Source: Verrucomicrobiales bacterium (GTDB taxonomy: Bacteria > Verrucomicrobiota > Verrucomicrobiia > Verrucomicrobiales > V1-33). Taken from it: DNA of 41,761 nt. Of this stretch, positions 36,459-41,761 are shown one piece after another. Where the stretch lies: positions 1-41,761 of the forward strand of contig JANOAV010000018.1 in the NCBI GenBank assembly GCA_031411295.1. The letters are read 5' to 3'. The position numbers and the translations under genes were made by a program. Each line of letters starts with the position of its first letter. The stretch's first letter is position 1. The notes under the pieces were generated by a model. That model worked only from the letters and a program-made list of their open reading frames with translations, was not told the origin of the DNA and did not search any database.

Positions 36459-36481
36459 GTCTGCCGGTCATGGAAACGAGG

Positions 36482-36548
36482 GTGGTAGCAGTCCGCTGGA
36501 CTGCTTTCGGGCGAGTTGAGACATCAGTCGAGCCGACTGATCCACACT
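36482..36548. repeat. REP-like family A inverted pair (REPIN)
   Basis: gtggtagcagtccgctggactgct faces cagtcgagccgactgatccacac. Confidence 0.7.
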
Positions 36549-36652
36549 CTTTCGCCTTCAAGCCCTGCCACCAGACGCCTCGCCCTTTCTCTTTACAACC
36601 GCGCAAGTGCCCTTAGTTTCCGCGTTCCCTCCACCGCCCCCTTATAATTTCC

Positions 36653-38455
36653 ATGCCCAAGGCCGAACTTACCCGCAACTTCTCCATCATTGCCCACATT
36701 GATCACGGAAAGACTACCCTGTCTGACCGCTTGCTCGAGACGACCTCCACTGTCAGCAAACGCGAGATGCAGGCTCAGTTGTTGGATGGCATGGACTTGG
36801 AGCGTGAGCGCGGCATTACCATCAAGTGCCATCCGGTCACGATGAAATACCTGGCCAAGGACGGCAATATTTACAAACTCAATCTCATTGACACCCCCGG
36901 TCACGTCGATTTCTCCTACGAAGTCAGCCGCAGTCTGGCTGCCTGTGAGGGCGCGTTGGTGCTGGTGGATGCCGCTCAGGGCGTGGAAGCGCAAACCGTG
37001 GCTAACCTCCACTTGGCGAATGCCCAACAGCTGAAAATCATTCCGGTCATCAACAAGATCGATCTTCCCAGCGCGAACATTCCCGCCGTGAACAAGCAGA
37101 TCGAGGACATTCTGCAAATCCCCCACGAGGAAGCGATCCACGCCAGTGCGAAAATGGGAATCGGCATTGAGGAAATTCTAGAAGCGGTGATCGCGCGCGT
37201 CCCTGCTCCCACCTACCCTGACGACGGTATCCTGCGTGCGCTGGTGTTCGATTCCGTCTTCGATTCCTACCGTGGCGTCATCATGTATTTGCGTGTGGTG
37301 AGCGGCACGATCACCAAAGGGACGCCCATCCGCCTGCTTTCGACCAACGCGACTTACGAAATCAAAGAGGTCGGCATCTTCACACCGAAGCAAGCCCGCT
37401 GTGAAAGTCTGGAACCAGGCGATGTGGGCTTCGTGGTGGCGAACATGAAGGCGTCCAAGGAAGTGAAGATCGGGGACACCCTAACCAACGCCCACAACGG
37501 CGTGAAGGAGCTGTTGCCCGGGTTCAAAGAACTTCAGCCCATGGTCTTCAGCGGGGTTTACCCGGTGAGCACAGATGATTTCGAGCAACTGAAACTGGCC
37601 ATGGGCAAGCTGCAGATCAACGACTCGGCCTTGCGCTTCACGCAGGAATCCTCCGTGGCGTTAGGGTTCGGATTCCGCTGCGGTTTCCTCGGCTTGCTGC
37701 ACATGGAAATCGTCGTGGAACGCCTGCGGCGGGAATACAACATGGACATCATTTCCACCTACCCCAGTGTGGTCTATGAAATCCAACTGAGCAACGGCAC
37801 GGAGCTAAGCATCGACAATCCATCCTTCATGCCGGACCCCGGCACGATTGAGGAGATCCGCGAGCCGATCGTCAAAATTTTCATCCTGATTCCCAACGAA
37901 TACATTGGCGACATCATGGGCCTAGTGATGGAGAAACGAGGTTCCGTGGAGAACACGGAAACGCTGGATAACAACCGCGTCATGCTCACGTGCATCCTCC
38001 CGCTGAACGAAATCTTGGTGGACTTCAACGACAAGCTCAAGAGCCTAACGCGCGGCTACGGCAGCATGGATTACGAACATGCCGGGTATCGCGCAGATGA
38101 CCTCGTGAAAATGGATATTCTCATTGCGCAGGAACCTGTGGATGCCTTCAGCACCATCGTTCACCGCACCAAGGCCGAAACGCGTGGTCGCGCGCTGGCG
38201 AAGAAGTTGCTGGAAGTCATTCCACCCCAGCTCTTCACGGTTGCGATCCAGGCCGCCATCGGCGGCAAAGTGGTGGCGCGGGAAACCATCAGCGCGCTGC
38301 GCAAGGACGTGACCGCCAAATGTTATGGTGGTGATATTTCCCGGAAGCGGAAACTCCTTGAAAAGCAGAAGGAAGGCAAGAAGCGCATGAAAGCCTTCGG
38401 CCGCATCAATATCCCGCAGGAGGCCTTCATCGATGTCCTGAAATCCTCCGACTAG
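36653..38455 (+). CDS. lepA: Translation elongation factor 4
   Basis: [50 protein letters not shown] and [25 protein letters not shown]. Confidence 0.99.
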   Translation: MPKAELTRNFSIIAHIDHGKTTLSDRLLETTSTVSKREMQAQLLDGMDLERERGITIKCHPVTMKYLAKDGNIYKLNLIDTPGHVDFSYEVSRSLAACEGALVLVDAAQGVEAQTVANLHLANAQQLKIIPVINKIDLPSANIPAVNKQIEDILQIPHEEAIHASAKMGIGIEEILEAVIARVPAPTYPDDGILRALVFDSVFDSYRGVIMYLRVVSGTITKGTPIRLLSTNATYEIKEVGIFTPKQARCESLEPGDVGFVVANMKASKEVKIGDTLTNAHNGVKELLPGFKELQPMVFSGVYPVSTDDFEQLKLAMGKLQINDSALRFTQESSVALGFGFRCGFLGLLHMEIVVERLRREYNMDIISTYPSVVYEIQLSNGTELSIDNPSFMPDPGTIEEIREPIVKIFILIPNEYIGDIMGLVMEKRGSVENTETLDNNRVMLTCILPLNEILVDFNDKLKSLTRGYGSMDYEHAGYRADDLVKMDILIAQEPVDAFSTIVHRTKAETRGRALAKKLLEVIPPQLFTVAIQAAIGGKVVARETISALRKDVTAKCYGGDISRKRKLLEKQKEGKKRMKAFGRINIPQEAFIDVLKSSD

Positions 38456-38529
38456 CCACTGAACGGAATTTCCGCACAGTAGTCATAATCCTTATTCTCT
38501 TAGTCTCTTCTCTCTTACTCTCATAAATC

Positions 38530-39798
38530 ATGTTTGATTTTCTCCTCCCCGCCCACGTCAAGGAAGGCAAGCAATTGCTCATTGGTGTTAAGAAATTCGT
38601 GCATCAGCATCGGGATCTGATGTCCGAGGAAAAAATCGGGGCCATCATGCAGGCGCGGGATGAGTTCGCTGCGGTGCTGGAAACGCGCGACAAGGAAAAG
38701 TTACAAAAGGAAAAAGAGCACCTGCTCTCCGTGTGTGAAAAGGCAGTGCCCGATTACAAGACGGACTCAATCCGCGAGAACATTGAGGTCATCATCGTCG
38801 CCATCGTCGTCGCGCTGGGGATTCGCAGTTACATCGTGCAACCGTTCAAGATCCCCACTGCGTCCATGCAACCAACGTTGAATGGGATCATCGCCACCCG
38901 CATGCCGGAAGGCACAGAAGCACCTAACGTCGTCGCCAAGGCTTGGGATTTCGTTTGGTCTGGGACCAATTACACGGATCTGCGCGCGCCTGAGTCGTCA
39001 GGCAAGCTGACCATTACTTCCGTCCGGCAGCAGGCCTTCGCGATGCTCTTCACGCGGACCGTGATTCAGTTTAGTAATGGCGATTCCTCCTGGTGTTACG
39101 CTCCGGCTCGCCAATTGTTCGGGGAATTGTGGTTGCCGGAAAATGGCGACGGGCCGTTCGGCCAAAATGCGCGCGGCCTGCCGGCTACTGATTCGTTTAC
39201 CCGTAATGATTTGAATTACCCGGTGCGCTCCGGGGCTCTGCTGGCGCGTGGTAAGGTGGATACCGGAGACCAAGTGCTGGTGGACAAAGTTTCCTATCAT
39301 TTCCGCCAACCTAAGCGAGGCGAGCCATTTGTGTTCAGCACCTTGGGCATCAAGGGCATTGAAGCCACCCTGCCGCCGGGATCCGAATCACAGCACTATA
39401 TCAAACGCTTAGTTGGAGTGCCCAATGACACCTTGGAGCTTGATCCGCCCTACCTCTGGATCAACGGAGAAATGCCGAAAGAGTTTGGCATTAAACGCGT
39501 CATCGAACACGAAGGGGACGCCAACGCGGCCCTCAGCCCTCATGTCAATAAATACCACGGCTACACGATGTTGAATCAACGTGCCTCCAGCTTCGAAATC
39601 GACAATGCCAACACGCAGCGTGAAGGACGCAACACGATCACCTATCGCCTCCACGACAAGGAATACATGGCCTGTGGCGATAACAGCGGCAACAGTTCCG
39701 ACAGCCGCGCCTGGGGTAAAGTCCCCCAGGCAAACCTCGTGGGGCCTGCCCTCATGGTTTACTGGCCCTTCAAGCCGCATGCTGGCTTTATCAAATAA
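38530..39798 (+). CDS. lepB: Signal peptidase I
   Basis: PFKIPTASMQPTL (catalytic Ser), YIKRLVG (catalytic Lys) and GDNSGNSSDSR; follows lepA. Confidence 0.95.
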   Translation: MFDFLLPAHVKEGKQLLIGVKKFVHQHRDLMSEEKIGAIMQARDEFAAVLETRDKEKLQKEKEHLLSVCEKAVPDYKTDSIRENIEVIIVAIVVALGIRSYIVQPFKIPTASMQPTLNGIIATRMPEGTEAPNVVAKAWDFVWSGTNYTDLRAPESSGKLTITSVRQQAFAMLFTRTVIQFSNGDSSWCYAPARQLFGELWLPENGDGPFGQNARGLPATDSFTRNDLNYPVRSGALLARGKVDTGDQVLVDKVSYHFRQPKRGEPFVFSTLGIKGIEATLPPGSESQHYIKRLVGVPNDTLELDPPYLWINGEMPKEFGIKRVIEHEGDANAALSPHVNKYHGYTMLNQRASSFEIDNANTQREGRNTITYRLHDKEYMACGDNSGNSSDSRAWGKVPQANLVGPALMVYWPFKPHAGFIK

Positions 39799-39838
39799 TT
39801 GTCTGTTGCCAGTCGGTTCACTCCGCCCCAACATCGGC

Positions 39839-41623
39839 ATGACTTTAAAGCATGTATTGCTCTTTTTCGGGCTAATCAGTAGTTCCCTAACCGCCGCGCC
39901 AGAGCCACCGCTTCCTGCGGGCGGGAAAAACCTCTTGGAGGGAAGCAAATCCCATGGCGTGGTGCCGAAAGGTGGTGAGTCCACCGCTGTGCGGTCATCG
40001 ACCTCTGAACTGGGAGAAGTTTGGCTCATCACCATTCCAACGCTTCCGCCCACTTCCTGGGGCACGCAGTTGGGCGCGCCGGTAAAAGGAACCATCAATG
40101 AAGGGGACCGTTGTCTGCTAACATTCAAGGCCCGGGCCATCGATTGCAAGAAGGCCGCCGGCAACAATAACGTGGAAATTCAGTTGCCGCCGGACTATCC
40201 CAAAGTCGGCCAAGGATCCTTCAGCGTCGGAGCGGAATGGACCTCTGTTTATACTCCGTTCACGGCTTCTAAGTCCGTTCCAGAGGGCAAGGGAAGTGTG
40301 GCGATCCATCTGGGAGGAGCGGTGCAAACCATCGAAATCGCGCAAGTCCAGTTGTTGAACTACGGACCGGACTTCGATCTCGCCAAACTGCCACGAGCGC
40401 TCGTGACTTATGAGGGCAGGGAGGCAGCCGCCCCGTGGCGCGAAGCTGCATTGGCGCGGATTGAAAAGACTCGCAAGGGCACGCTGAATCTATCCATCGT
40501 GGATGCGACCGGTCAGCCAGTGGCGGGTGCGGAAGTTCATGCGGAACTGAAACGGCACGAATTCGGATTCGGGGCGGCGGTAACGGGCAAGTGGCTCAGC
40601 GATCCCTCCGCCGATGGCGAAAAGTATCGCGCCATGGTTGACGAAAATTTCAGTCGAGTGGTCTTCGAGAATGACCTCAAGCCGTTCGCTTGGGACATTT
40701 ACCAAGGCGATAACAAAGGCACGGGCTTCCGCAAATCCTGGCTGGACCAATCCTTCAGTTGGTTGGCCGAACACCATATTCCCGTGCGGGGACATTATTT
40801 CGCTTGGGGGCCATTTGAACCGTGGTCAGAAAAATTGAAAAGCACCCCGCAAGCGATTCGTGAGAAGGTGCTGGAGAACATGCGCGAGAAAGCCCCGGTG
40901 GTGGGGGATCGGGTCATTGAATGGGACGCGCTGAACCATCCGGTAGCCTGGGAGAAAGGTATCTGTGTGGACACCGTCCTGGGCGATGCCTTCTACACCG
41001 AGGTCTTCCAAGAGGCGCGCAAACTCACCAAACTTCCGCTGTGGATCAATGAAGATCAAGTCTTCCGCCCCGGTCGCCAGCAGGAGGAATATTTCACCTG
41101 CATCCAGAAACTGCTGGCCGCCGGCGTGAAAATTGACGGTATTGGCAACCAAGCCCATTTTCATTCGAGCTACCTGCCCTCGCCAGAAGAACTGTTAGCC
41201 AACTCGGATCGCTTTGCGAAGTTGGTGCCAGCCCTGCAAATCACCGAATTCGATATCAACACCGATGGGGACGATGCGCTGGCCGCCGATTACACCCGGG
41301 ATCTCCTCATCGTGTGCTTCAGTCATCCTGCTTATACTGGCTTCGTGATGTGGGGGTTCTGGGAAGGTTCCCATTGGAAACCGGAAACCGCGCTCTGGCG
41401 TAAGGACTGGAGCGAAAAACCGAATGCCAAAGTCTGGAAAGACTGGGTCTGCGGCCGCTGGAAAACGAACGTTACCCTCAAGTCCAGCCCCCAAGGCCAA
41501 GCCAGCGTGCCAGGATATTTCGGTCGTTACGAAATCACCGTCACCAAAGACGGGAAGACGATCAAACAGGACGTGATGCTGGAGAAAGGCAAACCAAGCG
41601 CGGGAAGGATCGTGGTGCAGTAG
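39839..41623 (+). CDS. Secreted GH10 (endo-1,4-beta-xylanase family) protein with N-terminal CBM4_9-like domain
   Basis: Signal peptide; FENDLK, VRGH, WDALNH, LWINE, IDGIGNQAHF, ITEFD and MWGFWE. Start ATG 39839. Confidence 0.88.
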   Translation: MTLKHVLLFFGLISSSLTAAPEPPLPAGGKNLLEGSKSHGVVPKGGESTAVRSSTSELGEVWLITIPTLPPTSWGTQLGAPVKGTINEGDRCLLTFKARAIDCKKAAGNNNVEIQLPPDYPKVGQGSFSVGAEWTSVYTPFTASKSVPEGKGSVAIHLGGAVQTIEIAQVQLLNYGPDFDLAKLPRALVTYEGREAAAPWREAALARIEKTRKGTLNLSIVDATGQPVAGAEVHAELKRHEFGFGAAVTGKWLSDPSADGEKYRAMVDENFSRVVFENDLKPFAWDIYQGDNKGTGFRKSWLDQSFSWLAEHHIPVRGHYFAWGPFEPWSEKLKSTPQAIREKVLENMREKAPVVGDRVIEWDALNHPVAWEKGICVDTVLGDAFYTEVFQEARKLTKLPLWINEDQVFRPGRQQEEYFTCIQKLLAAGVKIDGIGNQAHFHSSYLPSPEELLANSDRFAKLVPALQITEFDINTDGDDALAADYTRDLLIVCFSHPAYTGFVMWGFWEGSHWKPETALWRKDWSEKPNAKVWKDWVCGRWKTNVTLKSSPQGQASVPGYFGRYEITVTKDGKTIKQDVMLEKGKPSAGRIVVQ

Positions 41624-41624
41624 G

Positions 41625-41650
41625 CAGGGGACAGGGGACAGGGGACAGGA
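41625..41650 (+). repeat. Heptamer tandem repeat (CAGGGGA)x3
   Basis: gcaggggacaggggacaggggacagga directly after the GH10 stop codon. Confidence 0.8.
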
Positions 41651-41690
41651 CTCATTCTAAGTTGTGTTCAAGATGAGATCTTATCCGATT

Positions 41691-41761
41691 CAAGCCGGAG
41701 GCTTGACAGAAATTAGCCGGGGGTTGAGCGATAGCGATACCCCCGGTTAGAGGCCCAAAAG
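41691..41761. repeat. Family B palindromic repeat (copy of 11576 element), possibly continuing beyond window end
   Basis: caagccggaggcttg-acagaaattagccgggggttgagcgatagcgatacccccgg. Confidence 0.75.

Noticed and set aside
36592..36619. lepA promoter TTTACA-16-TAGTTT
   Set aside because: Plausible, but too weak a match to report without TSS data.
39581..39838. Long N-terminal extension of GH10 overlapping lepB
   Set aside because: It overlaps the lepB 3' end; the signal peptide begins at ATG 39839.

Overview
Bacterial genomic window, most likely Verrucomicrobiota. This is inferred from the PEP-CTERM autotransporter-repeat protein, the extended ECF sigma factor, the several DUF58/MoxR/Bat genes, a LepB with an N-terminal extension and the dense palindromic repeats. 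Left to right: (1) 1-1.3 kb is a non-coding, C-rich block of REP-like palindromes and 42-bp and 21-bp tandem arrays. (2) 1.4-4.25 kb is a decayed type I restriction-modification locus. Only a ~40-codon hsdS 3' tail and a 35-codon hsdR 5' stub remain, and they bracket two intact cargo genes: a 145-aa unknown and a DUF262(GmrS/ParB-like)-HNH-Schlafen AlbA_2 fusion. (3) ohr, a DJ-1/PfpI gene, a 99-bp REPIN/BIME-like array, an orphan LuxR-type response regulator and a DUF58-DUF4381-batA-batB operon. (4) 11.8-15.3 kb holds short co-oriented genes separated by attC-like imperfect palindromes, with no integrase in the window. This is a decaying integron cassette array (CALIN) flanked by palindromic MITE/REP elements. 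(5) moxR-DUF58-(PQQ propeller/DsbD-N fusion), an ECF sigma fused to a membrane-anchored Trp-rich repeat region plus a paralogous repeat protein, alkB-like, a PEP-CTERM surface protein, DUF58-transglutaminase, L,D-transpeptidase, a Tat-exported unknown, lepA-lepB and a GH10 whose acid/base Glu appears replaced by His. No rRNA, tRNA, CRISPR array, transposase or integrase was recognised. All family calls come from visual motif recognition, not database searches.
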